From: Escherichia coli
GTDB lineage: Bacteria > Pseudomonadota > Gammaproteobacteria > Enterobacterales > Enterobacteriaceae
Assembly (NCBI RefSeq): GCF_001677475.2
Contig: NZ_CP015229.1
Direction: 5' to 3' (one strand)
Length of the DNA: 64,000 nucleotides
Shown here: piece after piece, positions 24,924 through 37,627 of the stretch
How positions within the stretch are numbered: position 1 is the first letter of the stretch
How the letters are laid out: each line of letters opens with the position of its first letter
The notes under the pieces: generated by a model
Database searches by the model: none
What the model saw: the letters and a program-made list of their open reading frames with translations, nothing else
What the model was told of the DNA's origin: nothing
Made by a program: the position numbers and the translations under genes

Positions 24924-25190
24924 AGAAAGCATAATACTTCTGTTTCAGCACGCAAGGAAAGCCGTAAAGTTATGAGCAAAAGTTTGATGTGCTGCACAAT
25001 TTTTTGTCATTTTTCCTAATTGCTGATGGGAAAATCCGTTATCAGCAATTTCATTTCAGCAGCGTCAGCAGCCAATCAGCAACAGTGAAATGGCATTTTG
25101 ATTATTCGTGGCGCTTTTGATTTCGCTGCCTGTTTATTTTCTGACAAGCAGCGTAAACTCCGCGTCTTCCTCTTCCAGTGATCGACCAGC

Positions 25191-26372
25191 ATGCATAACT
25201 CCCCCGCAGTCTCCAGCGCGAAATCGTTTGATCTGACCTCGACGGCGTTTTTAATCGTTGCCTTTCTCACCGGTATTGCGGGCGCTCTGCAAACCCCGAC
25301 ACTCAGTATTTTTCTTACTGATGAAGTACATGCCCGTCCGGCGATGGTGGGATTCTTCTTTACCGGCAGCGCTGTCATTGGGATTCTGGTAAGTCAGTTT
25401 CTCGCCGGGCGCTCTGATAAGCGCGGCGATCGCAAATCGCTGATTGTCTTTTGCTGCCTGTTAGGCGTGCTGGCCTGCACCCTTTTTGCCTGGAATCGCA
25501 ACTACTTTGTTTTGCTATTCGTTGGCGTCTTTCTTAGCAGCTTTGGCTCGACCGCTAACCCGCAAATGTTTGCCCTTGCCCGTGAACATGCCGACAAAAC
25601 CGGACGTGAGGCGGTGATGTTCAGCTCTTTTTTACGTGCTCAGGTTTCACTGGCATGGGTCATTGGCCCACCGCTGGCTTATGCCTTAGCGATGGGTTTC
25701 AGCTTTACGGTAATGTATCTGAGCGCAGCGGTAGCATTTATTGTTTGCGGCGTGATGGTGTGGCTGTTTTTACCGTCGATGCAAAAAGAGCTTCCGCTGG
25801 CGACCGGCACGGTTGAAGCGCCGCGCCGTAACCGTCGCGATACGCTGCTGCTGTTTGTCATTTGTACATTGATGTGGGGCTCGAACAGCCTGTACATCAT
25901 CAACATGCCGCTATTTATTATCAACGAACTGCATCTTCCCGAGAAACTGGCCGGTGTGATGATGGGGACCGCCGCCGGGCTGGAAATCCCGACGATGTTG
26001 ATTGCCGGATATTTTGCCAAACGTCTGGGTAAGCGTTTCTTAATGCGCGTTGCCGCCGTGGGTGGCGTCTGTTTTTACGCAGGTATGCTGATGGCGCATT
26101 CACCTGTCATTCTGTTGGGCTTGCAACTGCTAAATGCTATTTTTATTGGCATTCTGGGCGGCATCGGGATGCTCTATTTTCAGGATTTGATGCCCGGTCA
26201 GGCAGGTTCAGCCACCACGCTCTATACCAACACGTCGCGCGTGGGCTGGATCATCGCAGGATCAGTGGCGGGCATCGTCGCCGAGATCTGGAATTATCAC
26301 GCTGTGTTCTGGTTTGCGATGGTGATGATTATCGCCACTCTGTTTTGCTTACTGCGGATTAAAGATGTTTAA
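25191..26372 (+). CDS. setB: Sugar efflux transporter (MFS)
   Basis: 393-aa 12-TM ORF. Confidence 0.9.
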   Translation: MHNSPAVSSAKSFDLTSTAFLIVAFLTGIAGALQTPTLSIFLTDEVHARPAMVGFFFTGSAVIGILVSQFLAGRSDKRGDRKSLIVFCCLLGVLACTLFAWNRNYFVLLFVGVFLSSFGSTANPQMFALAREHADKTGREAVMFSSFLRAQVSLAWVIGPPLAYALAMGFSFTVMYLSAAVAFIVCGVMVWLFLPSMQKELPLATGTVEAPRRNRRDTLLLFVICTLMWGSNSLYIINMPLFIINELHLPEKLAGVMMGTAAGLEIPTMLIAGYFAKRLGKRFLMRVAAVGGVCFYAGMLMAHSPVILLGLQLLNAIFIGILGGIGMLYFQDLMPGQAGSATTLYTNTSRVGWIIAGSVAGIVAEIWNYHAVFWFAMVMIIATLFCLLRIKDV

Positions 26373-26623
26373 GGCGCGGTCAGGATTTCCAGATCGATAA
26401 GCCAGGTCATTGCCTGCTGACGCGAGTTACCGCACATTTCAGCGCTGGCTTGTAAGCCTGCACAGACTTTCGGTCGCAGTGGCGAGGTGAAAATTTTACA
26501 GCGTTGCTGTTCATCAAGCTGAATGCAGGGCGTATTGGCGGGCTTGCCATCTGGCATACCGGGAATAGGGCTGGAAATTGAAGGGGCAGTGCAACACGCC
26601 CCGCAACCCGGACGGCATTCCAT
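26369..26623 (-). CDS. yeiW: UPF0153 cysteine-rich small protein
   Basis: Start taken at [14 protein letters not shown]; the ORF track extends further upstream; convergent with and overlapping the setB stop. Confidence 0.7.
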
Positions 26624-26777
26624 ACGTTGTTCTCTTAAGGTTAACCACCGGATTGATGAGCGCGCACAGTACCACCTTTTTTGCACCAGCAAAAGTGCGA
26701 ATACCACTTGCCCGAAAGGCCCGTCGCGAGTACTTTGTCGCGATATTTTTGACATTTTCGACTACAGGAATTTTTCG

Positions 26778-27350
26778 ATGCCAAGAGCGAACGAAATTAA
26801 AAAAGGTATGGTACTGAATTACAACGGCAAACTGCTGCTGGTTAAGGATATTGATATTCAGTCGCCCACTGCCCGCGGTGCCGCTACGCTGTACAAAATG
26901 CGTTTTTCTGATGTCCGTACCGGGCTGAAAGTAGAAGAGCGTTTCAAAGGTGATGATATCGTTGACACCGTGACGCTGACCCGCCGTTACGTTGACTTCT
27001 CCTATGTCGATGGCAACGAATATGTCTTTATGGATAAAGAAGACTATACCCCGTATACCTTCACCAAAGATCAGATTGAAGAAGAGTTGCTGTTTATGCC
27101 AGAGGGCGGCATGCCGGACATGCAGGTGCTGACCTGGGACGGTCAACTGCTGGCGCTTGAGCTGCCGCAGACCGTTGATCTGGAAATCGTTGAAACCGCA
27201 CCAGGCATCAAAGGGGCATCTGCCAGCGCCCGTAACAAACCGGCGACATTGAGCACTGGTCTGGTGATTCAGGTACCAGAATACTTAAGCCCGGGCGAAA
27301 AAATTCGTATCCATATCGAAGAACGCCGTTATATGGGGCGTGCTGACTAA
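26778..27350 (+). CDS. yeiP: Elongation factor P-like protein
   Basis: 190-aa EF-P paralogue starting [22 protein letters not shown]; the ORF track's upstream extension was rejected. Confidence 0.9.
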
Positions 27351-27563
27351 CTTCAGCCGCATGCAGAAAAGGGATAGCTCAGGCTGTCCCTTTTTTAATT
27401 TATTATACCAATCTTCTATTTTGCGCTTCCTGAACACCTTACACCCGCAATTTTCACTCGTGGATTGATCGCCCTCACACTTCATCGCATTAACAATCCA
27501 GACCAATTTCAATTGCTGTCATATAACTTTACACTGTCATTGTTAATTAATCGTTACTAAGAC

Positions 27564-29039
27564 GTGACCCCTATGAATACAATCGCCTCCGTTACGCTCC
27601 CGCATCATGTACACGCTCCACGCTACGATCGCCAGCAGTTGCAATCACGTATCGTTCATTTTGGCTTTGGAGCCTTTCACCGCGCACATCAGGCGTTACT
27701 GACCGATCGTGTGCTGAATGCCCAGGGCGGTGACTGGGGGATCTGTGAAATCAGCTTGTTCAGCGGTGATCAACTGATGAGCCAGCTCCGCGCACAGAAC
27801 CATTTATATACCGTGCTGGAGAAAGGTGCGGACGGCAATCAGGCGATAATTGTCGGTGCCGTTCACGAATGTCTGAATGCAAAACTGGATTCCTTAGCGG
27901 CAATTATTGAGAAATTTTGCGAGCCACAGGTGGCAATTGTTTCCCTGACGATTACCGAAAAAGGCTATTGTATTGACCCGGCCACCGGTGCACTCGACAC
28001 CAGCAATCCGCGGATTATTCACGATCTACAAAACCCTGAAGAACCTCACTCCGCGCCAGGTATTCTCGTCGAAGCACTGAAACGCCGCCGTGAGCGCGGC
28101 CTTACACCGTTTACCGTGCTCTCCTGCGACAATATTCCCGACAATGGCCATGTGGTGAAAAACGCGGTGCTGGGAATGGCAGAAAAACGTTCGCCAGAAC
28201 TCGCCGGGTGGATAAAAGAACACGTCAGTTTTCCGGGAACCATGGTCGACCGCATTGTTCCGGCTGCAACCGACGAATCACTGGCAGAAATCAGCCAGCA
28301 TCTGGGGGTAAATGATCCCTGCGCGATTAGCTGCGAACCGTTTATCCAGTGGGTGGTGGAAGATAACTTCGTCGCTGGGCGTCCTGCCTGGGAAGTCGCA
28401 GGTGTACAAATGGTGAATGATGTCCTGCCATGGGAAGAAATGAAACTGCGGATGCTTAATGGCAGCCACTCTTTTCTCGCTTATCTGGGTTACCTCTCAG
28501 GATTCGCCCATATCAGTGATTGCATGCAGGATCGCGCATTTCGCCATGCCGCCAGAACATTAATGCTGGATGAGCAAGCGCCGACACTGCGGATTAAAGA
28601 TGTCGATTTAACACAATATGCGGATAAGTTAATTGCACGTTTTGCTAATCCGGCGCTGAAACATAAGACCTGGCAAATCGCAATGGATGGTAGCCAGAAA
28701 TTACCGCAACGTATGCTGGCAGGTATTCGCATACATCTGGGGCGCGAAACGGACTGGTCGTTGCTGGCATTAGGCGTTGCAGGCTGGATGCGTTACGTCA
28801 GCGGCGTTGATGATGCCGGAAATGCCATTGATGTTCGCGATCCGCTTAGCGATAAAATTCGCGATCTTGTTGCGGGCAGCAGCAGTGAGCAACGCGTCAC
28901 CGCCCTGCTTTCCCTGCGTGAAGTTTTCGGTGATGATCTGCCAGATAACCCGCATTTTGAGCAGGCCATCGAACAAGCCTGGCAACAAATCTCACAATTC
29001 GGCGCGCATCAGGCGCTATTAAACACCCTCAAAATTTAA
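27564..29039 (+). CDS. yeiQ: Mannitol-dehydrogenase-family NAD-dependent oxidoreductase
   Basis: 491-aa ORF with N-terminal Rossmann GFGAFHRAH motif. Confidence 0.85.
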   Translation: MTPMNTIASVTLPHHVHAPRYDRQQLQSRIVHFGFGAFHRAHQALLTDRVLNAQGGDWGICEISLFSGDQLMSQLRAQNHLYTVLEKGADGNQAIIVGAVHECLNAKLDSLAAIIEKFCEPQVAIVSLTITEKGYCIDPATGALDTSNPRIIHDLQNPEEPHSAPGILVEALKRRRERGLTPFTVLSCDNIPDNGHVVKNAVLGMAEKRSPELAGWIKEHVSFPGTMVDRIVPAATDESLAEISQHLGVNDPCAISCEPFIQWVVEDNFVAGRPAWEVAGVQMVNDVLPWEEMKLRMLNGSHSFLAYLGYLSGFAHISDCMQDRAFRHAARTLMLDEQAPTLRIKDVDLTQYADKLIARFANPALKHKTWQIAMDGSQKLPQRMLAGIRIHLGRETDWSLLALGVAGWMRYVSGVDDAGNAIDVRDPLSDKIRDLVAGSSSEQRVTALLSLREVFGDDLPDNPHFEQAIEQAWQQISQFGAHQALLNTLKI

Positions 29040-29156
29040 CGATTTCTGCGGTTAAAGCGGATGAAGCTCGCCTTCGTCCGCTCTCCCCTTCTCTTTTCTG
29101 CCATTTTTAGCCAGGATTAACGCTCAGTTAACTTACCAGTGTATTGCGGAGCCGTT

Positions 29157-30143
29157 GTGACCAGGACCAACCTCATCACCGGTTTTCTCGGCAGCGGGAA
29201 AACTACGTCGATTCTTCATCTGTTAGCCCATAAAGATCCCAACGAAAAATGGGCGGTACTGGTTAATGAATTTGGGGAAGTCGGAATTGATGGTGCTTTG
29301 CTCGCCGATAGCGGCGCACTGCTGAAAGAGATCCCCGGCGGCTGCATGTGCTGCGTTAATGGTTTACCCATGCAGGTAGGGTTGAATACCTTACTGCGTC
29401 AGGGAAAACCAGACCGCTTGTTGATAGAGCCGACCGGGCTGGGCCATCCGAAACAGATCCTCGATCTCTTAACCGCACCAGTCTATGAACCGTGGATAGA
29501 TCTGCGCGCCACGTTGTGCATTCTCGATCCACGCCTGCTGCTGGACGAAAAAAGCGCCAGCAATGAAAACTTCCGTGACCAGCTGGCTGCCGCAGACATT
29601 ATTGTCGCCAATAAATCCGACCGTGCGACGCCCGAAAGTGAGCAAGCGCTACAGCGCTGGTGGCAGCAAAATGGTGGCGATCGGCAATTAATTCACAGTG
29701 AGCATGGGAAAGTTGACGGTCATCTTCTGGATTTGCCGCGTCGCAATTTAGCCGAGTTGCCCGCCAGCGCCGCGCATTCTCATCAGCATGGCGTGAAAAA
29801 AGGGTTAGCAGCGTTAAGCCTGCCAGAGCATCAACGCTGGCGTCGCAGTCTGAACAGCGGGCAAGGATATCAGGCCTGCGGCTGGATATTCGACGCTGAT
29901 ACGGTATTCGACACCATTGGCATTCTGGAATGGGCGCGACTTGCACCGGTGGAACGCGTCAAAGGCGTGCTGCGTATTCCCGAAGGGCTGGTGCGAATCA
30001 ACCGTCAGGGCGATGACCTGCACATTGAAACGCAAAACGTTGCGCCACCGGACAGTCGTATTGAGCTGATTTCCGGCAGCGAAGCTGACTGGAATGCCTT
30101 GCAGAGCGCGCTGTTGAAGCTTCGTTTAGCGACTACCGCGTAA
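29157..30143 (+). CDS. yeiR: COG0523 (CobW-like) metal-chaperone GTPase
   Basis: GTG start preceded by GGAG; P-loop GFLGSGKTT and CxCC motif (GGCMCCV). Confidence 0.85.
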   Translation: MTRTNLITGFLGSGKTTSILHLLAHKDPNEKWAVLVNEFGEVGIDGALLADSGALLKEIPGGCMCCVNGLPMQVGLNTLLRQGKPDRLLIEPTGLGHPKQILDLLTAPVYEPWIDLRATLCILDPRLLLDEKSASNENFRDQLAAADIIVANKSDRATPESEQALQRWWQQNGGDRQLIHSEHGKVDGHLLDLPRRNLAELPASAAHSHQHGVKKGLAALSLPEHQRWRRSLNSGQGYQACGWIFDADTVFDTIGILEWARLAPVERVKGVLRIPEGLVRINRQGDDLHIETQNVAPPDSRIELISGSEADWNALQSALLKLRLATTA

Positions 30144-30181
30144 GGTTGCCTGCGTTTTTCAGTAAGATAATTAGAGAAAAT

Positions 30182-30895
30182 ATGATTAAAAATTTGCCGC
30201 AAATAGTGTTGTTGAATATTGTCGGCCTCGCGCTGTTTCTTTCCTGGTATATTCCCGTTAATCATGGATTCTGGTTGCCGATTGATGCGGATATTTTTTA
30301 TTTCTTTAATCAGAAACTGGTCGAAAGTAAGGCCTTTTTGTGGCTGGTTGCATTGACCAACAATCGCGCTTTCGACGGTTGTTCACTGCTGGCGATGGGA
30401 ATGTTGATGCTGAGTTTCTGGCTGAAAGAAAACTCCCCTGGCAGGCGACGTATCGTGATCATTGGTCTGGTCATGCTATTAACTGCAGTGGTATTAAACC
30501 AGCTGGGTCAGGCATTAATTCCTGTAAAACGGGCCAGCCCAACATTGACTTTTACCGATATTAACCGCGTTAGCGAACTGCTCTCTGTTCCCACGAAAGA
30601 TGCCTCACGAGATAGCTTTCCCGGCGATCACGGCATGATGCTGCTTATTTTTTCGGCATTCATATGGCGTTATTTCGGCAAAGTTGCAGGCCTTATCGCC
30701 CTTATTATTTTTGTGGTTTTTGCATTTCCCAGAGTAATGATTGGCGCACACTGGTTTACTGACATCATTGTCGGTTCGATGACCGTGATATTGATCGGTT
30801 TGCCCTGGGTGTTGCTGACGCCATTAAGTGATCGATTAATCACCTTTTTTGACAAATCACTACCGGGAAAAAACAAACATTTCCAAAACAAATAA
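30182..30895 (+). CDS. lpxT: Lipid A 1-diphosphate synthase (PAP2 family)
   Basis: Start taken at MIKNLPQIVLLNIVGLALF; multi-TM PAP2-like ORF. Confidence 0.85.
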   Translation: MIKNLPQIVLLNIVGLALFLSWYIPVNHGFWLPIDADIFYFFNQKLVESKAFLWLVALTNNRAFDGCSLLAMGMLMLSFWLKENSPGRRRIVIIGLVMLLTAVVLNQLGQALIPVKRASPTLTFTDINRVSELLSVPTKDASRDSFPGDHGMMLLIFSAFIWRYFGKVAGLIALIIFVVFAFPRVMIGAHWFTDIIVGSMTVILIGLPWVLLTPLSDRLITFFDKSLPGKNKHFQNK

Positions 30896-31306
30896 CTCAC
30901 AGTAATTAACATCATCAGGGTTATTTTTATAGTGAGGATAATCCTGATGATGCGCGTCGTGCTTTCATCCATCGAACGCAAAAATCATTCTCTAAGTAAA
31001 TGAATGGATTGCATGCGTTACACTCAATCGTACTTTAATTGACCAATCCCGCTTATTAACTTTCTGTATCACTTTTTCTTATAAAAAATCATGTAAAACC
31101 GCTCGCCAAGACCGCACCAATCGGGTAATCTCGAACTCGTTTTGCCTCGGCGGTAGATTATCCTCACAGCATATAATTTTGTGCGTTAGTCCACAGATTT
31201 GGCCTTAAGGAATTGTTTCAACATGCCCAGGTAATTAGTCTCGTGTCGCTTGGCATTTTTTTATAACGATATTTGTCGTTAAGGACTTCAAGGGAAAACA
31301 AACAAC

Positions 31307-31873
31307 ATGGTCAAATCTCAACCGATTTTGAGATATATCTTGCGCGGGATCCCCGCGATTGCAGTAGCGGTTCTGCTTTCTGCATGTAGTGCAAATAACA
31401 CCGCAAAGAATATGCATCCTGAGACACGTGCAGTGGGTAGTGAAACATCATCACTGCAAGCTTCTCAGGATGAATTTGAAAACCTGGTTCGTAATGTCGA
31501 CGTAAAATCGCGAATTATGGATCAGTATGCTGACTGGAAAGGCGTACGTTATCGTCTGGGCGGCAGCACTAAAAAAGGTATCGATTGTTCTGGTTTCGTA
31601 CAGCGTACATTCCGTGAGCAATTTGGCTTAGAACTTCCGCGTTCGACTTACGAACAGCAGGAAATGGGTAAATCTGTTTCCCGCAGTAATTTGCGTACAG
31701 GTGATTTAGTTCTGTTCCGTGCCGGTTCAACGGGACGCCATGTCGGTATTTATATCGGCAACAATCAGTTTGTCCATGCTTCCACCAGCAGTGGTGTTAT
31801 TATTTCCAGCATGAATGAACCGTACTGGAAGAAGCGTTACAACGAAGCACGCCGGGTTCTCAGCCGCAGCTAA
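31307..31873 (+). CDS. mepS: NlpC/P60 peptidoglycan DD-endopeptidase lipoprotein
   Basis: 188-aa ORF with lipobox (LLSAC) and NlpC/P60 catalytic Cys (GIDCSGFV). Confidence 0.95.
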
Positions 31874-32053
31874 TAAACCGTTTGGATGCAATCCCTTGGC
31901 TATCCTGACGAGTTAACTGAAAGCACTGCTTAGGCAGTGCTTTTTTGTTTTCATTCATCAGAGAAAATGATGTTTCCGCGTCTTGATCCAGGCTATAGTC
32001 CGGTCATTGTTATCTTTTAAATGTTGTCGTAATTTCAGGAAATTAACGGAATC

Positions 32054-33610
32054 ATGTTCATACGCGCTCCCAATTCTGGACGTAAGCTCCTGCTTACCTG
32101 CATTGTTGCAGGCGTGATGATTGCGATACTGGTGAGCTGCCTTCAGTTTTTAGTGGCCTGGCATAAGCACGAAGTCAAATACGACACACTGATTACCGAC
32201 GTACAAAAGTATCTCGATACCTATTTTGCCGACCTGAAATCCACTACTGACCGGCTCCAGCCGCTGACCTTAGATACCTGCCAGCAGGCTAACCCCGAAC
32301 TGACCGCCCGCGCGGCGTTTAGCATGAATGTCCGAACGTTTGTGCTGGTGAAAGATAAAAAAACATTCTGCTCATCTGCGACCGGTGAGATGGACATTCC
32401 ACTCAATGAATTGATTCCGGCGCTCGACATTAATAAAAACGTCGATATGGCGATCTTACCCGGCACGCCGATGGTGCCGAACAAACCCGCAATCGTCATC
32501 TGGTATCGCAACCCTTTGCTGAAAAATAGCGGCGTCTTTGCCGCTCTGAATCTCAACCTGACGCCTTCTCTCTATTATAGTTCAAGGCAGGAAGATTACG
32601 ATGGCGTCGCCCTCATTATTGGTAATACTGCGCTATCTACCTTTTCTTCACGTTTGATGAACGTTAATGAATTAACCGACTTGCCGGTCCGTGAAACTAA
32701 AATTGCGGGCATTCCTCTGACCGTTCGGCTTTATGCAGATGACTGGACATGGAACGATGTGTGGTACGCATTTTTACTGGGCGGCATGAGTGGAACTGTC
32801 GTTGGCCTGCTCTGCTATTACCTGATGAGCGTACGTATGCGCCCCGGCAGAGAAATCATGACCGCCATCAAGCGCGAACAATTTTACGTGGCGTATCAAC
32901 CGGTGGTGGATACACAAGCTTTGCGAGTAACGGGCCTGGAAGTACTGCTACGCTGGCGGCATCCTGTCGCGGGAGAAATTCCCCCGGATGCCTTCATTAA
33001 CTTTGCCGAATCGCAAAAGATGATTGTGCCGCTGACTCAGCACCTGTTTGAGTTGATTGCCCGCGATGCCGCAGAATTAGAAAAAGTGCTGCCGGTAGGC
33101 GTCAAATTTGGTATTAACATTGCGCCGGACCATCTGCACAGCGAAAGCTTTAAAGCAGATATCCAGAAACTGCTCACTTCCCTGCCCTCACACCATTTCC
33201 AGATTGTGCTGGAAATTACCGAGCGCGATATGCTGAAAGAGCAAGAAGCCACACAACTCTTCGCCTGGCTACACTCGGTCGGCGTAGAAATTGCTATTGA
33301 TGACTTCGGTACCGGGCACAGCGCGCTTATCTACCTTGAGCGTTTTACGCTCGATTATCTGAAAATTGACCGTGGATTTATCAACGCCATCGGTACGGAA
33401 ACGATCACTTCACCCGTACTTGACGCGGTGCTGACGCTGGCGAAACGTCTCAATATGCTGACGGTTGCTGAAGGGGTCGAAACGCCGGAACAGGCGCGAT
33501 GGCTAAGCGAACGCGGCGTTAATTTCATGCAAGGCTACTGGATTAGTCGCCCGTTACCGCTGGACGATTTTGTTCGCTGGCTGAAGAATCCGTATACGCC
33601 GCAGTGGTAA
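32054..33610 (+). CDS. rtn: EAL-domain membrane protein (c-di-GMP phosphodiesterase-like)
   Basis: 518-aa ORF with N-terminal TM/periplasmic region and C-terminal EAL domain (EVLLRW). Confidence 0.9.
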   Translation: MFIRAPNSGRKLLLTCIVAGVMIAILVSCLQFLVAWHKHEVKYDTLITDVQKYLDTYFADLKSTTDRLQPLTLDTCQQANPELTARAAFSMNVRTFVLVKDKKTFCSSATGEMDIPLNELIPALDINKNVDMAILPGTPMVPNKPAIVIWYRNPLLKNSGVFAALNLNLTPSLYYSSRQEDYDGVALIIGNTALSTFSSRLMNVNELTDLPVRETKIAGIPLTVRLYADDWTWNDVWYAFLLGGMSGTVVGLLCYYLMSVRMRPGREIMTAIKREQFYVAYQPVVDTQALRVTGLEVLLRWRHPVAGEIPPDAFINFAESQKMIVPLTQHLFELIARDAAELEKVLPVGVKFGINIAPDHLHSESFKADIQKLLTSLPSHHFQIVLEITERDMLKEQEATQLFAWLHSVGVEIAIDDFGTGHSALIYLERFTLDYLKIDRGFINAIGTETITSPVLDAVLTLAKRLNMLTVAEGVETPEQARWLSERGVNFMQGYWISRPLPLDDFVRWLKNPYTPQW

Positions 33611-33691
33611 GGTGTGCTTACGTCCCTTATTATTCATAGTGAAAGCATGCCGGATTGCGGCTAATGATGAGTAAAAGGAAATCCGTTGCAG

Positions 33692-35506
33692 ATGATTGTG
33701 CGCATACTGCTGCTGTTTATCGCTCTGTTCACCTTTGGTGCGCAGGCGCAGGCTATCAAGGAAAGCTATGCCTTTGCCGTGCTGGGCGAACCCCGGTACG
33801 CGTTTAATTTCAACCATTTTGATTATGTGAACCCCGCCGCGCCAAAAGGTGGGCAGATAACGTTGTCAGCCCTCGGCACCTTCGATAATTTCAACCGCTA
33901 TGCACTGCGCGGCAACCCGGGCGCACGCACCGAGCAGCTGTACGACACGCTATTTACGACTTCCGATGACGAACCAGGCAGTTATTACCCGCTGATTGCT
34001 GAAAGCGCACGCTATGCTGACGATTATTCCTGGGTGGAGGTCGCTATTAATCCGCGCGCCCGTTTTCATGATGGTTCGCCCATTACTGCCCGCGATGTAG
34101 AGTTTACTTTTCAAAAATTTATGACCGAAGGCGTGCCGCAATTTCGTCTGGTCTACAAAGGCACCACCGTCAAAGCCATTGCGCCGTTAACCGTGCGCAT
34201 TGAGTTATCTAAACCCGGCAAAGAAGATATGCTGAGTCTGTTTTCGCTGCCGGTATTTCCAGAAAAGTACTGGAAAGATCACAAACTTAGCGACCCGCTC
34301 GCCACGCCTCCGCTTGCCAGTGGTCCGTACCGCATTACGTCCTGGAAAATGGGACAAAATATTGTCTATTCTCGCGTGAAAGATTACTGGGCAGCAAACT
34401 TACCGGTAAACCGTGGACGCTGGAATTTCGACACCATTCGCTACGATTATTACCTCGATGATAATGTCGCCTTTGAAGCGTTTAAAGCAGGTGCCTTTGA
34501 TTTGCGTATGGAAAACGACGCTAAAAACTGGGCCACGCGCTATACCGGTAAAAATTTCGATAAAAAATACATCATCAAAGATGAGCAAAAGAACGAATCA
34601 GCCCAGGATACGCGCTGGCTGGCGTTTAATATCCAACGTCCGGTATTCAGCGATCGCCGGGTGCGGGAAGCAATCACCCTCGCCTTTGACTTTGAATGGA
34701 TGAACAAGGCGTTGTTTTACAACGCCTGGAGTCGCACGAACAGTTATTTTCAGAATACCGAATACGCGGCCAGAAATTACCCCGACGCCGCGGAGTTGGT
34801 GCTTCTGGCACCAATGAAAAAAGATCTACCGCCAGAAGTCTTCACGCAAATCTACCAGCCGCCGGTATCCAAAGGCGATGGCTACGATCGTGACAACCTG
34901 TTAAAAGCCGACAAACTTCTCAACGAAGCGGGCTGGGTGCTGAAGGGTCAGCAACGCGTAAATGCCACAACGGGTCAGCCACTCAGCTTTGAATTATTGC
35001 TTCCCGCAAGCAGCAATAGTCAGTGGGTATTGCCGTTCCAGCACAGCCTGCAACGGCTGGGTATCAACATGGACATTCGCAAGGTGGATAACTCGCAAAT
35101 CACCAACCGCATGCGCAGTCGCGACTATGACATGATGCCGCGCGTATGGCGGGCGATGCCGTGGCCCAGTTCCGATTTACAGATTTCCTGGTCATCGGAA
35201 TATATCAATTCCACTTATAATGCCCCCGGCGTGCAAAGCCCGGTTATCGACTCGCTGATCAACCAAATTATTGCCGCGCAGGGAAATAAAGAAAAATTAC
35301 TGCCGTTAGGGCGAGCACTGGATCGCGTATTAACGTGGAATTATTACATGCTGCCAATGTGGTACATGGCGGAAGACCGTCTCGCCTGGTGGGATAAATT
35401 CTCCCAACCCGCTGTGCGCCCTGTTTACAGCCTGGGTATCGATACCTGGTGGTATGATGTTAATAAAGCGGCCAAACTGCCGTCAGCCAGACAACAGGGA
35501 GAGTAG
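33692..35506 (+). CDS. yejA: Periplasmic oligopeptide/microcin C-binding protein of the YejABEF ABC transporter
   Basis: ATG start at [21 protein letters not shown] (signal peptide); family 5 solute-binding protein. Confidence 0.9.
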
Positions 35507-36601
35507 ATGGGCGCTTATCTGATTCGCCGACTGTTGCTGGTGATCCCAACGTTATGGGCGATTATCACTATCAACTTTTTCATCGTGCAAATTGCGCCTG
35601 GCGGTCCGGTCGACCAGGCCATCGCCGCCATTGAGTTTGGTAATGCCGGAGTATTACCCGGCGCAGGCGGTGAAGGTGTTCGCGCCAGCCATGCGCAAAC
35701 GGGCGTCGGCAATATCAGCGACAGTAATTACCGTGGTGGACGCGGATTAGATCCAGAAGTGATCGCCGAGATCACTCATCGCTACGGTTTCGATAAGCCG
35801 ATCCACGAACGTTACTTCAAAATGCTCTGGGACTATATCCGCTTTGATTTTGGTGATAGCCTTTTTCGCAGCGCCTCGGTGCTGACGCTGATTAAAGACA
35901 GTCTGCCGGTTTCCATCACCCTCGGATTATGGAGCACGCTGATTATCTATCTGGTGTCGATTCCGTTAGGCATTCGCAAAGCTGTTTATAATGGTAGTCG
36001 CTTTGACGTCTGGAGTAGCGCATTTATCATCATCGGCTACGCCATTCCGGCCTTTTTGTTTGCCATCCTGCTGATTGTCTTCTTCGCAGGCGGCAGCTAT
36101 TTCGACCTGTTCCCTCTACGCGGCCTTGTTTCCGCTAACTTTGATTCGCTGCCGTGGTATCAGAAAATTACCGATTATCTGTGGCATATCACGCTGCCGG
36201 TGCTGGCGACAGTGATTGGCGGCTTTGCGGCGCTGACCATGCTGACAAAAAACTCATTCCTTGATGAAGTGCGCAAGCAATACGTGGTGACCGCCCGTGC
36301 GAAAGGGGTAAGTGAAAAAAATATTCTCTGGAAACATGTGTTCCGCAACGCCATGCTGCTGGTGATTGCCGGTTTTCCGGCGACGTTTATCAGCATGTTT
36401 TTTACCGGCTCGCTGCTGATTGAGGTGATGTTTTCACTCAATGGTCTTGGCTTACTGGGCTACGAAGCGACCGTCTCGCGCGATTATCCTGTAATGTTTG
36501 GTACCTTGTATATTTTCACCCTGATTGGCCTGCTGCTGAATATTGTTAGTGATATCAGCTATACGCTGGTCGATCCGCGTATAGATTTTGAGGGACGTTA
36601 A
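35507..36601 (+). CDS. yejB: ABC transporter permease
   Basis: 364-aa permease ORF translationally coupled to yejA and yejE. Confidence 0.9.
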
Positions 36602-37626
36602 TGTCGCGACTCAGCCCCGTCAATCAGGCCCGTTGGGCGCGTTTTCGTCATAACCGTCGCGGTTACTGGTCGTTATGGATTTTCCTCGTCTTGTTTGGTT
36701 TGAGTTTGTGTTCTGAACTTATCGCCAACGATAAACCGTTGCTGGTGCGTTATGACGGCAGCTGGTATTTCCCGTTGCTGAAAAACTACAGCGAAAGCGA
36801 TTTTGGCGGCCCGCTGGCAAGCCAGGCTGATTATCAGGACCCGTGGCTGAAACAGCGGTTGGAAAATAACGGCTGGGTACTGTGGGCACCGATTCGCTTT
36901 GGCGCTACCAGTATCAACTTTTCTACTGACAAGCCCTTCCCCTCCCCACCCTCCCGGCAAAACTGGCTGGGAACGGATGCCAATGGCGGCGATGTGCTGG
37001 CGCGCATTCTCTATGGCACGCGGATCTCAGTTCTGTTTGGCCTGATGCTGACCCTCTGCTCCAGCGTGATGGGCGTGCTGGCGGGGGCGCTACAAGGCTA
37101 TTACGGCGGTAAAGTCGATCTCTGGGGGCAACGTTTTATTGAAGTATGGTCGGGGATGCCGACGCTGTTTTTGATTATTTTACTTTCCAGCGTCGTACAG
37201 CCTAACTTCTGGTGGCTGTTGGCAATTACCGTCTTGTTTGGCTGGATGAGTCTGGTCGGTGTGGTGCGGGCGGAGTTTTTACGTACCCGTAATTTCGACT
37301 ACATCCGCGCGGCGCAGGCGCTTGGCGTCAGCGATCGCAGTATCATCCTGCGTCATATGTTGCCAAATGCCATGGTCGCTACCCTCACCTTTTTACCGTT
37401 TATTTTATGTAGTTCGATCACCACCCTGACCTCACTCGATTTCCTCGGCTTCGGTCTGCCGCTCGGTTCACCGTCACTCGGCGAACTGCTGTTACAAGGG
37501 AAAAATAACCTTCAGGCCCCGTGGCTTGGGATCACCGCCTTCTTGTCGGTGGCGATATTGTTGTCTTTGCTGATCTTTATTGGTGAAGCCGTCCGCGACG
37601 CATTTGATCCTAATAAGGCGGTGTAG
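36601..37626 (+). CDS. yejE: ABC transporter permease
   Basis: 341-aa permease ORF. Confidence 0.9.
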   Translation: MSRLSPVNQARWARFRHNRRGYWSLWIFLVLFGLSLCSELIANDKPLLVRYDGSWYFPLLKNYSESDFGGPLASQADYQDPWLKQRLENNGWVLWAPIRFGATSINFSTDKPFPSPPSRQNWLGTDANGGDVLARILYGTRISVLFGLMLTLCSSVMGVLAGALQGYYGGKVDLWGQRFIEVWSGMPTLFLIILLSSVVQPNFWWLLAITVLFGWMSLVGVVRAEFLRTRNFDYIRAAQALGVSDRSIILRHMLPNAMVATLTFLPFILCSSITTLTSLDFLGFGLPLGSPSLGELLLQGKNNLQAPWLGITAFLSVAILLSLLIFIGEAVRDAFDPNKAV

Positions 37627-37627
37627 C

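Noticed and set aside
26369-26755. 128-aa extended form of yeiW
   Set aside because: The upstream extension overlaps the yeiP promoter region; the conserved protein begins at [11 protein letters not shown], so the shorter form was annotated.
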